This document shows, in pieces, positions 12,905 to 24,889 of a stretch of DNA of 64,000 bases; the first letter of the stretch is position 1, and each line of letters starts with the position of its first letter. The stretch is from Octopus vulgaris. Lineage: Eukaryota. A program made the position numbers and the translations under genes. Location: the NCBI GenBank assembly GCA_951406725.2, contig OX597832.1, forward strand, positions 21,886,001 to 21,950,000, written 5' to 3'. The notes beneath the pieces are model-generated. The model did not search any database. It was not told the origin of the DNA and was given only the letters and a program-made list of their open reading frames with translations.

Positions 12905-13690
12905 AAAGGCGGCAAGCTGGCAGAATTGTTAGCACACTGGGCAAGATGCTTAGCGGTATTTCACCTGTTGCTACATTCTGAGTTCAAATTCCACCAAGGT
13001 TGACTTTTGCCTTTCATCTTTGCAGGGTTGATAAATTAAGTATCAATGAAACACTGGGGTCGATGTAATCGACTAGTCCCATCTCCCCCAAATTTCAGGC
13101 CTTGTGCCTTTAGTAGAAAGTAGTACTAAGGTAAGGGTGGCAAGCTGGCAGGACCATTAACAAATTCCGCCGAGGTCAACTTTGCCCTTCATCCTTTCAG
13201 GGTCGATTAAATAAGTACCAGTTATGCACTGGGGTCGATGTAATCGACTTAATACCTATGTCTGTCTTTGTTTGTCCCCTCTGTGTGTAGCCCCTTGTGG
13301 GCAGTAAAGAAATAAGAACCATTAACAGGTCTACTCTGCTTTTCGTACTTTATTATTTTTTTTGAGGTGGGGTCAATAAATTAAGTACCAGCTGAACAAT
13401 AGTGGAGAGGTTTAACGTAATTGACTTAACCGCTTCCCCTCCACCCAAGTTTCTGGCCTTGTGCCAAAATTTGGCATCCTTATTAGTTAGTACAATGGTA
13501 ACGAGGCTGGCAGAACCATTTGCACATCGGACGAAACGCTAAGTGGTATCTCTTCTGGTTTCACATTGAGTTCAAACACTGCCGAGGTCAACTTTGCTTT
13601 CCATCCTAAAATCAAATACCGCTCAAGTACTGGGGGGTCAATGTAATCATCTTACCCCCACCCCTAATGATGTGCCAAAAGTTTCAAAGA
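12905..13690 (+). mobile_element. Cluster of SINE family B copies, one nested with a 10-bp TSD
   Basis: Three heads (GGCAAGCTGGCAG-like); ACCATTAACA at 13153-13162 and 13318-13327. Confidence 0.8.
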
Positions 13691-14129
13691 ATTATCATTA
13701 TTATTGTCATTATTATTATTAATGTTTTTGCTGTATCATAAACTGAAGATTAGACATCACAAGCGAGAACTGTTGACCTTCTCCGGTTCACATTTCACCT
13801 GAACATATCAATCAAATCAAGTGAGGGGTTTCTATGCTGTCTCTTCACTTGCTAGAAATAGCAACCGAATCACTTTATCTACAATGATTGGACAAATGCT
13901 GATGTGTGTGTGTGTGTGTGTGACAGAGGGAGATATAATGAGAGAAATGGACAAATAAGGGAAGAGACAGGAAATAACACGATAAAAAAATAGAGAGAGA
14001 CAATAGGACAGACAAATTGCTAGAGAGAGAGGGAGAGCCAGACAGAGGAAGTGAGATAGTCAGAGTAAAGGAGAAGCAGGAGGGAGAGGTAGGTAAAGTG
14101 AGAGAGAGAGAGAAATAGCTAGAGAGAGA

Positions 14130-14570
14130 GTTATAGATAAAGAGACAGATAGATAAATAGGCAAAGAGAGATAGACAGATAGATAGGTGTATATATATAT
14201 ATGTATATATATATATAGAGAGATAGATAGATAGATAGAGACAAAGAGATAGATAGGTATATATATATATATGTATATATATATATAGAGAGAGAGATAG
14301 ATAGATAGAGACAAAGAGATAGATAGGTATATATATATAGAGATAGATAGATAGAGACAAAGAGATAGATAGGTATATATATATATATATATATAGATAG
14401 ATAGAGACAAAGAGATAGATAGATAGAGACAAAGAGATAGATAGGTGTATGTATATATATATATATATATATATAGATATATAGAGACAAAGAGATAGAT
14501 AGGTATATAGATAGATAGATAGAGACAAAGAGATAGATAGGTATATAGATAGTGAAAGAGATAGAGAGTG
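14130..14570. repeat. (GATA)/(TA) compound minisatellite with AGAGACAAAGAGATAGATAGGT units
   Basis: Direct inspection. Confidence 0.9.
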
Positions 14571-15083
14571 TTCAATAACATAGAGACATTAGATGGGCTG
14601 CCAGAATTTTTTTTGAAAGAAAAATGAAATACTAAATGTATTGGGGGTATGTGTGTGTGTGTGTGTATGGTAGTGATGTGAGATCAATAAGAGGAATAGA
14701 GTTGTGTCTAGCCAGGATGGAATGTGAAAAGAAGTGAGATTTAATTTGCACGTACACAATGGAAACATGAAATATAGTCACTTCGATATTATGCAGACTC
14801 GACAAGACAGACTTTCTTGACATTTTTTTACATTAATTGTACAGAATAAAAAAAACAACAACAACAACAACAGCACCAGCAGCAGCTGCAGTAGCAACAA
14901 TACTTGCAGCAACGATAATAACAATGTAACAACAACAACAACAATAGTCGCAACGGTAACGAAATAACAGCACCAATAATAGTAACAACAAACATTAGTA
15001 GCAACAGGGACAGTAACTCTGATTAACAACTTCAACCACGACAAACTAACACTACTACTACTACTACTACTACTACTATTATT

Positions 15084-15534
15084 ATTGAGTGAGAGAGCAG
15101 TGCATGCCATCAAAGTGACACTGGGGTAAAATATACGAAGCCCAGTATACCTATCATGACTACCCGTCTGATAAGGGTTACACCAGGCACATGCATCACA
15201 ACCATAAGTGCGCGACATGGTGATCTCATATCAAGATAAACTGCGCATGACCTTGCAGGTGGGGCCCAGTAAGAATTTTCTTCTGGTCCAGTAGCCCATC
15301 CTGCTCAAAAGGTCCCTGAATAAGGATTGTTTAAGGATGTTGAATGAACCAGCCATGTTTCCAAAGGTGAATTATCCAAACCGGCAAGAATTCCTTTCAA
15401 CACGCGGCTATGATGCTCCCCCACTACTTCTGCTTGTGGTCAGAGATGCAGATATCGTCAGCCACTAAGGGACATGGTTAACTGGTTAAGGTCAAACAAC
15501 TGCCAAGCAAATCTGTGGTATTGAGCAGAATATT
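15084..15534 (-). mobile_element. Family D retroposon-like element with (AAT)n tail, 5'-truncated
   Basis: Reverse complement of 22916-23366. Confidence 0.75.
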
Positions 15535-16099
15535 CAAATGTTTGTGTTGCAAATAAGCTCACTCCCTCCATCAATTCGTCTTTACCTGTACAGGTGCACA
15601 AGTGTGCCACACATCAGGTGTTGAAACGACGACAGAGCAACATGAAATGAGGTGTTTTGCTCAAAAACACAAAGCACTGCCCAGTCTGTGGATTGAACCC
15701 CTGATCTAGTGATTTGTGAATGCAACGCCCTTACCACTAGGCTATGCACTTTCAGATGTAGGCATGGCTGAGTGGCTAAGAGCTTCACTTCGTAACTACA
15801 TGTGTGGCACGTGGGGAAAATGTCTTCTGCTGTAGCCCTGGGCTGACCAAAGTCCTGTCAGTGGATTTTGAGATAGAAACTGAAAGAAACTCATTGTGTG
15901 TGTGTGTATGTGTGTAAATATTATCATCATCATTTAACGTCCATCTTCCATACTGGCATGGGTTGAACAGTTTTGGAGGATCTCGTGAGTCAGGGGACTA
16001 CACCAAGGTCAGTTGCCTGCTTTGGTTTGGTTTCTAGTTCTGGATGCCTTCCTAATGCTAACCTCTTTACACAGTGGACACACACACACATAATAAAAT

Positions 16100-16352
16100 A
16101 AATAAATGCACCCTTTTAAAGTCTAGCCAGGCTCACGGGCCCGGTTTCTCGGTTTCAATGGCGTATGTGTTCCCCAGCTGGACATGATGCTAGTCCATCG
16201 CAGCGTTACTCATTTTTGCCAGCTGAGCGGACTGGAGCAACGTGAAGTGAAGTGTTTTGCTCAAGAACACAATGCATCACCCGGTCCAGGAATTGAAACT
16301 ACAATTTTACGATCATGATGCTGACACCCTAACCACTAAGCCACGCGCCTCC
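16100..16352 (-). mobile_element. SINE family F (tRNA head, CORE-like and V-domain-like segments)
   Basis: Minus strand GGAGGCGCGTGGCTTAGTGGTTAGG ... TTCTTGAGCAAAACAC ... GCTGCGATGGACTAGC; related copy at 44060-44358. Confidence 0.75.
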
Positions 16353-17027
16353 ACACACATACATTGATGTATATTTCTTATGTGTGTGTATGTGTGGGGG
16401 GTGGGTGCACATGCCATTATGTAAATGTTGGCTTGTTTCAATTTCCCAACTTAGCAATTTGGCAAAAAGAGACTGATAGAAATAAGTATCGGACTTAAAA
16501 ACAAGCACAGGGGTCGATGTTCATTGACTAAAACATATTTGAGGTGGTGCTCCAGCATGGCCACTGACCAATAAATTGAAAACAAGCAAAAGTATAAGAG
16601 GATAAAAGGATACAAACAAAACACACAGTATTTCCAGTGCTGACTTTATTTACATGAGAAGTGGTTGGCACAGCTGGATTGGCAGTGGGGACGATGTTGA
16701 TTCATTTGTTGAAATATCTCTTGAATTCCCTCTTGACAATATTTCCAACGAAATATATTGCTGTTGTCTCAAGCAATTATGAATATAATCAAGAATTCCT
16801 ATGAATTCTGTGGAAATGGCTAATTGGCGCACTCAATCATTCTGTGACCCTATTGTTTAATTAAATAATATGCTGTCCACCATGTTTCAATTAATTTCGA
16901 AAATAATTAAGAATTTGGATGTAGGCTTTGGGAAAATAACTGACTATACTATACATCATTAAGCTGGTGTTTGAGATGTAAGTGGGAAGTTCTTGCCTAA
17001 AATTATGATGGAAACAGATTAATTTAA

Positions 17028-17374
17028 AGAGTGGTTGTGTACTGTCAACATAACATGACAGTCCCATAAAGGGAATTACACCACCGCTGTTTAGCCCTAG
17101 GAAGCATCAACACTTCCTGTCGGCTTCGACACATTTCCTGTGTCCTTATACTTTTTGTAAGCCTGTATTTGTGAAGGGGAGGCAGACATGCATGTTTCTG
17201 AGTCTAGGGTAGCCAGTCCTGCTAGTTGAGATACCTGCCAAGCCTTCGCAAATATAAGGACACAGGAAAAGTGTCAAAGCCGACAGGAAGCGTTCGTGCT
17301 TCCTAGGGCTAAACAGCGGTGGTGTAATTCCCTTACGGGACTGTCATGTTAAGTTGACAGTATACAACCACTCT
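17028..17374. mobile_element. Foldback/MITE-like element with ~123-bp inverted arms
   Basis: 17028-17150 is the reverse complement of 17253-17374 with about 9 differences; related single-arm sequence at 47486-47643. Confidence 0.75.
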
Positions 17375-18227
17375 ATCGCTCCACCACCGCTCATGTCTCC
17401 TTGAGACATTTAGAAATTCAATATTTCTAATTTAGATTAATTTAAATACATAAAGTAACGAGCATGGCCAGGGGTTCAGTTCCCAGATTGGGTACATGTT
17501 GTGTTCTTGTGCAAAACACTTGTCTTCATGTTGCTCTGTGATTGTTTCAACATCTGACGTGTGGTGCACTTGTGCAGGAAGTGCCGATTTGAAGGAATGA
17601 ATTTATGTGTAGCACAAACATTTGATTGTTGCTATTAAATCATCCGTGTCGTTGCTCACTTCCTAACCATGAGATTATTACCCCACTTGGTTTACAAGTG
17701 TGATGGTGGGGTTTGCAATAGTCATGGGGCATCTGGTCATGGGAAACTCTGGCCCCAGCACACTCTCTCATCTGATCTATTGTCTGGAGATGAGAAACAT
17801 GAGACTCAGCTCAGAGTAGCAACATTTAGTGAAGTTTCTAGCATCCAATATAAAACTCTGCATCCTGTATTAAATACATACGATTCTGTGTACCACAACA
17901 CACACACACAAATATATACATACATACCACAAATGTATACACATACAGATGATTCCAGAGAGACAAGAATACGGTTTCTAAATACGTTATACAGACAACC
18001 TTGGGCAAACAATAACTAAACTAACAAACAAAAATAATATAAAAAAAACAAAACAAAACAAGGACTTGGAACGACATAAAATGGTCATCTATTGGTCAGT
18101 TGATATATAACTCTGAAGTGGTCCAAATCAACTAAGTGGCCTATAGAACTTTGCTCTAATTGGTCATCAATGAAATATCAATGTAAGACGAACTTCCATA
18201 AATAAGATAAGATACTCTCAGTGAGAG

Positions 18228-18301
<74 letters not shown>

Positions 18302-18375
18302 CGTGTGTGTATATATATATATGTGCGTGTGTGTATATATATATATGTGCGTGTGTGTATATATATATATGTGTG

Positions 18376-18409
<34 letters not shown>

Positions 18410-18411
<2 letters not shown>

Positions 18412-18595
18412 GCTGAATTACCCAGTGTTGCCTAGGTTACTGCTGTTCTTATTCCAATTAGTAAACAATAAATATGAAGATATATTTTTTATTCTCATAA
18501 TTATTTCAAAATATCTTTATCTTATTAATAAAATATCCAAATTGTAAAGATAATAGTATTTAGAACTGGAAATCTGTCAATCTTGAAGCACCATT
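18410..18595 (-). mobile_element. Possible Helitron-like 3' end (CpG-decayed hairpin)
   Basis: TAGCTGAATTACCCAGTGTTGCCTAGG resembles the reverse complement of CCGGGCAACGCCGGG-n-CTAG with CpG transitions. Confidence 0.4.
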
Positions 18596-18599
18596 TATA

Positions 18600-18803
18600 T
18601 GTGTGTGTGTGTTTGTCCCCCCCAACATCGCTTGACAACCGATGCTGGTGTGTTTATGTCCCCGTTACTTAGCGGTTCAGCAAAAGAGACCGATAGAATA
18701 AGTACTGGGCTTACAAAAAGAATAAGTCCCAGGGTCGAGTTGCTCAATTAAAGGCGGTGCTCCAGCATGGCCACAGTCAACTGACTGAAACAAGTAAAAG
18801 AGT
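18600..18803 (+). mobile_element. SINE family A 3' half
   Basis: Homology to 38070-38281. Confidence 0.85.
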
Positions 18804-18890
18804 AATATACACACACACATTAACAGAGCAAACTTATATAGAGCCCAAAGGCACAAGAAATTGAAGGAGAAAAAGTATGGTGTTACAAGT

Positions 18891-19012
18891 CCGACAGCTG
18901 TTTCTGGGGGCTCAGAGTTGCTTCATAATGTTGGCAGGTGTAGTTTACCAGAATATGCAACCAATAATGAAAGCAAATAAACATAGGATAGACCTGGCTT
19001 CCCTCTTCAGGG
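18891..19012 (-). ncRNA. Degenerate type-I hammerhead motif with long stem II (Penelope-like remnant)
   Basis: Minus strand CC-CTGAAGA-GGG...CCCCA-GAAA-CAGCTG-TC-GG. Confidence 0.5.
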
Positions 19013-19319
19013 TAGAGAGATAAACATCTCCTTACTTTCTCCCCTTTAATTTTCTCTGCCTTTCTAATCTATGTCTGTTTGCTCTGTTAATATATATACA
19101 AATCTATATATTTGTATATATATTTACACTTGAACTTCATTGTATGAAAATTTTCCATCTTTGCTTTCTCTCTATTTACATGTTTGTATATTTTATATAT
19201 CAAACTCAAGCAGTTTCATTTGTTTATTTGCATCATTGTCTCTCTCTCTATATATATATAATTACATCTACATATTGTATATATTATCGTTTATCATTAA
19301 CAAGTCTACAGTACATATA

Positions 19320-19870
19320 TATCATTAACGAATCAACACTATCATATATTATCATATCATTAAGAAGACAACGCTACCTATATACTATCATACCATTAGC
19401 AAGGCAATACTACCATATATTATATTAACATACCTATACTATCAAACATTATCATATCATTAAAAGCCTACACTATCATATATTATAATACCATTAACAA
19501 GCCTATACTATCATATATTATCATATCATTAAGAAGCCTACACTACCATACATTATCATATCATTAACAAGCCTACACAAACATATATTATAATACCATT
19601 AACAAGCCTATACTATCATACATTATCATATCATTAACAAGGCTCTACTATCATATATCATTAACAAGCCTGTACTACCATATATTATGTCATTAACAAG
19701 CCTCTACTACTATAAATTATCATATCATTAACAAGCCTACACTACCATATATTATTATATCATTAACAAGCCAACAGTACCATACATTATAACATCAACA
19801 GACCAACGCTATCATATACTATCATATCATTAAGAAGCCTACACTACCATACATTAACAAGCCAACTGTT
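19320..19870 (+). repeat. ~35-bp AT-rich minisatellite ATCATTAACAAGCCTACACTATCATATATTATCAT
   Basis: About 15 imperfect units, decaying toward ~20150. Confidence 0.85.
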
Positions 19871-20197
19871 GCATGTTATCAAGTAATATCGACAAAGCAA
19901 CTCTATAATCTGTTACATACAACAAAGCAACTCTCTCATGTCTACTCTAATATCAAGGAGCCTCCTCTGTTATATATTAGCATATTATTAATGTAGTCTA
20001 GTGTATGATATCTGTATAATGCCATTGATAAGCCTACTTTATTGTGTATTATATCTTTAATGAACTAGAGTAAGGCTGTGCTATCATATATTATAAACAC
20101 GATTGTATCTATTTTATTCTATATTATGAACATGCTATTGTGAACCTTCTCTATCAAATGTTACCCTGAAACAAATACAGCCTGTGTGATAACACCT

Positions 20198-20710
20198 AGT
20201 GTGTGTGTTTAATCTGCGTGTGTGTGTGTGGATGTATGTGTATGCGTGAAAGAATGTGTGTGTGTGTATTTGAGTGTATGTGTATGTGTGTAGGAGTGTG
20301 CGTGTGTATATGAGTGAAAGAATGTGTGTGTGTATTTAAGTATGTGTGTATGAGTGTGTGTAGGATTGTGTGTGTGTGTGTGTGTGTAGGAGTGTAAGTG
20401 TGTGAATGTGTGCATACATGTGGGTAGGAGTGTACATGTATGTGTGCAAGAATGTGTATGTGAGAGTGTGTGTGTGTGTGTATGTATGTGTGAGTGTGTG
20501 TGAATGTGTATATATGTGTGGGTAGGAGTGTGCATGTGTATGTATGTGCAAGGATGTGTATGTGAGAGAGTGTGTGTGTAGGAGTGTACATGTATGTATG
20601 TGTGCAAGAGTGTGTGTGTGTGTGTGAGTCTGAAAAACAGAGTGAACGTGTGTGTGTTTGAGTGTATGTAAGTGCGATGAGTGAGCGTTTACATGTGTAT
20701 GTGCATATGT
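20198..20710. repeat. (TG)n cryptic repeat
   Basis: Direct inspection. Confidence 0.9.
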
Positions 20711-21379
20711 AAACAGATTAAGATCGAGTGACTGAGTAAGTGTAACTTAGAGGGAGAGAGAGAGACTCAAAGAAACGGCCAACCCTTACGATGCCATTCT
20801 AACACTAACACAACACAACAGATTTGAAGAAAGAACCAAAAAAAAAACCAAAAAAAAACGAGAAAATTATAAAGCAACATGCAAAACCACAAAAAAAAAA
20901 CCACGTAAAATTTCAAAAAAAAACCCAAAACCCTAACAAAAATCCAAGAATTTCCAAAGCAAACCAAATAAATTATATATTTTGTGTTTTTGGAGAAATT
21001 TGGTTGGATTGTTTCCTTGTTCTTCTTGGGAATCTGCTTGGGTTTTTTTTTTTTTTTTTTTTTTATTTATTTCAATTAAATATCAATCAATTTTATTTAG
21101 GTTTCTAATGCTTTCATCTGGAATTATCCATCTGCAACAGCTTCGGGTCATGATGTAGAGATAATGAAACACTTCAGAGAAGACCGAGAGTAAGAAAGGA
21201 GGCAAACACAAACACACACACTTTAGATATACAGGCATTCCATAAGTAATGTAACATCTAAACAGTTATTCTTTCTCAATATCCTAGCGCCAATACGATT
21301 ATGGAGTATAAGGTGTCATCTATCTATCTATCTGTCTACATTGTGTGTATGCATGTCTATATATACATATAAATATATA

Positions 21380-21540
21380 TAAAGTTAATCCAAACAAGAA
21401 AGCACAAAAAAACACAACAATGCGAGGACGTGGAACAAATATAGTATTATTGGATGCTCAGGAAAGAAGGAGGGTTTAACGTTTCGAGCAGAGCTCTTCG
21501 TCGGAAACATAGAAGGAAAGATCCAGAGAAGGGAAGACCG
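21380..21540 (-). mobile_element. Penelope-like terminal repeat with minimal hammerhead (21474-21508)
   Basis: Minus strand GTTT-CCGACGA-A-GAGC-TCT-GCTC-GAAA-CG-TT-AAAC; downstream part homologous to 47100-47218. Confidence 0.55.
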
Positions 21541-22609
21541 GTACATACGCGGTCACAGTGAACAGGTCACAGTCTCAAAGTGATGGAAATATTTTGGCAA
21601 ATTGAATTTAAATGTTGAAGTTTATCTAACGGTTTTTGTGTGTTTTAAATGGCTTATAAACACCTTCCACGCTGCAATTCCAGCACATGATCTCAGATTA
21701 GGTCACTTGCTATGCAAGTACATTTCCATAATATATATATATATTTATACAAATATGTATGCAAACACATATATGAATGTATACATACACATATGGATGT
21801 ATATATTACATATATGTATACATACACATGCAGAGATGTATATATAACACATATGTACATACATACATACGTGTGTTGTATATATATATGTATACATAGA
21901 CATGTATCTATGTGCACATACACATGTCTATACATACACACACATGTATGTACTACATATATAGACATCCGTATTTATCTATCTACATTTAGCAGCACAT
22001 CTAGGTTTCTATCAATCTACACCCATACTTCTCTACCTGTCTGTCAAGTTATTTCTCTCTCCCTCTCTATCTTACAGACAGACCTCTCCCTATTAACCTA
22101 TCACCATCCAGTTGTCTAGACACACTCCACATATCTACACACGATAACCTATCAACCGACCTACCTTCATCCATCCATCCATCCATCCCTCTATCTGTCC
22201 AGCCACCTACATCAATCTATCTATCAGCATCCTGTATCTATCGACTGTATTCTTAACTTCTTGATGGAAACAAGCGGCAAGCTGTTATATAACAGCGCCG
22301 TACATTGCCACACAGGTTTCCTTTCTGTCTACGAACACTGACTCATCAAAGATCTGCTCCAAGAATTTACCGAAAAAGATTTACATCACAGATGTAAATC
22401 TTTTGCCGCTATATGTTATCATTGGTAAGAGTGTGAGAGCAGTGGATTACAAAACCACTGTGGTGCTTAGCAGATGGCGAAAAGGAGTGGGAAGAAAGTA
22501 AGGCTCCTTTCATAAACAGAGGCCGAGGTAAATGGGGTAACACCTATTACGAGGGGGGGGCAGACTCATGAATAATAGTGCTTTCAAGTTTTTGCACAAG
22601 GTAAGCAAT

Positions 22610-22771
22610 TTTTTGGGGTGGGGGACCCAAGTACTCAAATGGTACTTCCTTTCTTATTGACCCCCAAAAGGACAAAAGGCAAAGCTGACCCCGGCAGAAT
22701 TTGAACTATAGGTTGCTGCTTTAATAATAATAATAATAATAATAATCATGATAATAATAATAATAATGATG

Positions 22772-22802
<31 letters not shown>

Positions 22803-23492
22803 TAAATGCCCTGATGCAGTACCAGGCAGTGGCTCTCATGGCTTCTGATCTTAACTGATTGGAAGTGTTATCATGTACATTGTTTTGTCTTGGTATAAAA
22901 GATAGGCTACAGCAAATATTCTGCTCAATACCACAGATTTGCTTGTCAGTTGTTTGACCATAACCAGTTGAGCATGTCCCTTAGTGGCTGACGATATCTG
23001 CATCACTGATCACGAGCAGAAATAGTGGGGGAGCATCATAGCCGTGTGTTGAGAGAAATTCTTGGAGGTTTGGATAATTCACCTTTGGAAACATGGCTGG
23101 TTCATTCAACAGCCTTAATCCTTATTCAGGGACCGTTTGAGTGGGATGGGCTACTCGACCAGAAGAAAATTCTAACTGGGTCCCACCTGCAAGGTCATGT
23201 GCTGTTTATTTTTATATATTACCATGTCGCGCACACATGGTTGTGGTGCATGTGCCTGGTGTACCCTTATCAGACGGGTAGTCATGAGGGGTATATTGGG
23301 CTTCGTATATTTTACCCCAGTGTCACTTTGATGGCATGCACTGCTCTCTCACTCAATAATAATAATGATTTCAAAATTTTGGCACAAAACCTATAGTTCA
23401 AATTCTGCCGGGGTCAGCTTTGCCTTTTGTCCTTTTGGAGGTCAATAAGAAAGGAAGTACCATTTGAGTACTTAGGTCCCCCACCCCAAAAA
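22610..23492. repeat. 105-bp inverted duplication (arms 22610-22714 and 23388-23492)
   Basis: Two mismatches between arms by manual alignment. Confidence 0.92.
22802..23366 (+). mobile_element. Family D element inserted at an (AAT)n tract
   Basis: Homologous to 15084-15534; ends CTCTCTCACTC(AAT)n. Confidence 0.75.
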
Positions 23493-24652
23493 GTTCGGGG
23501 GAGTGTACTTATTTTATCAACCCCCGAAGGGATGAAAAGCAAAGTCGACCTTGGCAGAAATGCCACTATGAATTTTGACTAAGGATTCTGCCAGATAATA
23601 ATAATAATAATAATAATAATGATGATGATGATGATGATGATGAAAATAATAATAATAATGATAATAATAATAATACTGTTGGTTTGTCATGGTTTGAGTT
23701 CATGGTGATGATGATGGAGTTTTTAATAATCTCATTGATATCATCAGCTGTTGCTTTTTCCTCCCCCTTCACCCACCCTCTCTCTCTCTCTCATTGTTTT
23801 CATACAGAAAATAACATTGTTGATGATGATGATGATATCGATGATCGCTATTTTAATAAACATATTGATAATAGCTAGTTCTTTATCGCTATCCCTCTCC
23901 CCAGCTAATAATGATAATAACAATCATCATCATCATCACCATGGTCATTCACATACCGTCTCACCACTTCCATCAAAATGAAATCATCTATACCACCACC
24001 ACCACCATGCACAATTCTGCTACCATCACCAACACCACCATCACCATGCGCAAAACTGCTATCTTCTTTGTAGTCATCATCATCATCATCCACATCATCA
24101 GAATCGCCCACACTGCCATATCCCCCACCTTGTCTGCAGCACCAACTACCATTATCACAACCATCATCATCATCATCATCCTTCACATCACCACCACAAC
24201 CCCCCACTCTTAAACAGAACCACTACTAATGCTGTTGCTACTACTACTACTACTATTACTACTACTACAGCTGCTACCATTATCATTGTCTATACCGATC
24301 ATCAACATCATCACCATTTCTGCTCTCCTCCAACATCCATACCACCACCACCACCACCACCACCACCATCATGACTTCTCCTAGTGTCCCAATTAAGAGG
24401 AATATATTTATTAAAACATCATGAGTTTTTAATGCATTCCAGGAAACGAAAATCCTGATTTTTTTGCATTGCTTCAGAATTATTTTGTTTTATACAAGTG
24501 TTGCTGGGTCAAAGAGAATCAACAGAATGGTAGAGAAAAGGGGAAGGAATATCGGGAGAGACTGCAGGAAAAAAAGAGAGAGATAGGTGACAGAAAGATC
24601 GATAAATAGGATAGATAAATAGTTTAAAAGACCCATAGACAGACAGACAGAT

Positions 24653-24885
24653 CATCATCATCATTTAGCGTCCGCTTTCCATGCTAGCATGGGTTGGACG
24701 GTTCAACTGGGGTCTGGGAAGCCAGAAGGCTGCACCAGGCCCAGTCTGATCTGGCAATGTTTCTATGGCTGGATGCCCTTCCTAACGCCAACCACTTCGT
24801 GAGTGTAGTGGGTGCTTTTTATGTGACAGACGGAGCTGGCAAACGGCCACGGTCGAATGGTACTTTTTACGTGCCACCAGCACGG
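24653..24885 (-). mobile_element. RTE 3' UTR fragment (family C)
   Basis: (CAT)n-TTTAGCGTCCGCTTTCCATGCTAGCATGGGTTGGACGG...GGATGCCCTTCCTAACGCC. Confidence 0.8.
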
Positions 24886-24889
24886 GAGA

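Noticed and set aside
16650-16807. Possible phase-1 terminal exon EFIGILDY...PLLM* with AATAAA overlapping the stop
   Set aside because: No similarity to the DIPP C-terminus; such signals are common by chance in AT-rich DNA
20767-20798. Minus-strand EWHRKGWPFL* after a T-rich tract as the final NUDT exon
   Set aside because: Too short, and does not match GRKRxWF...HKP
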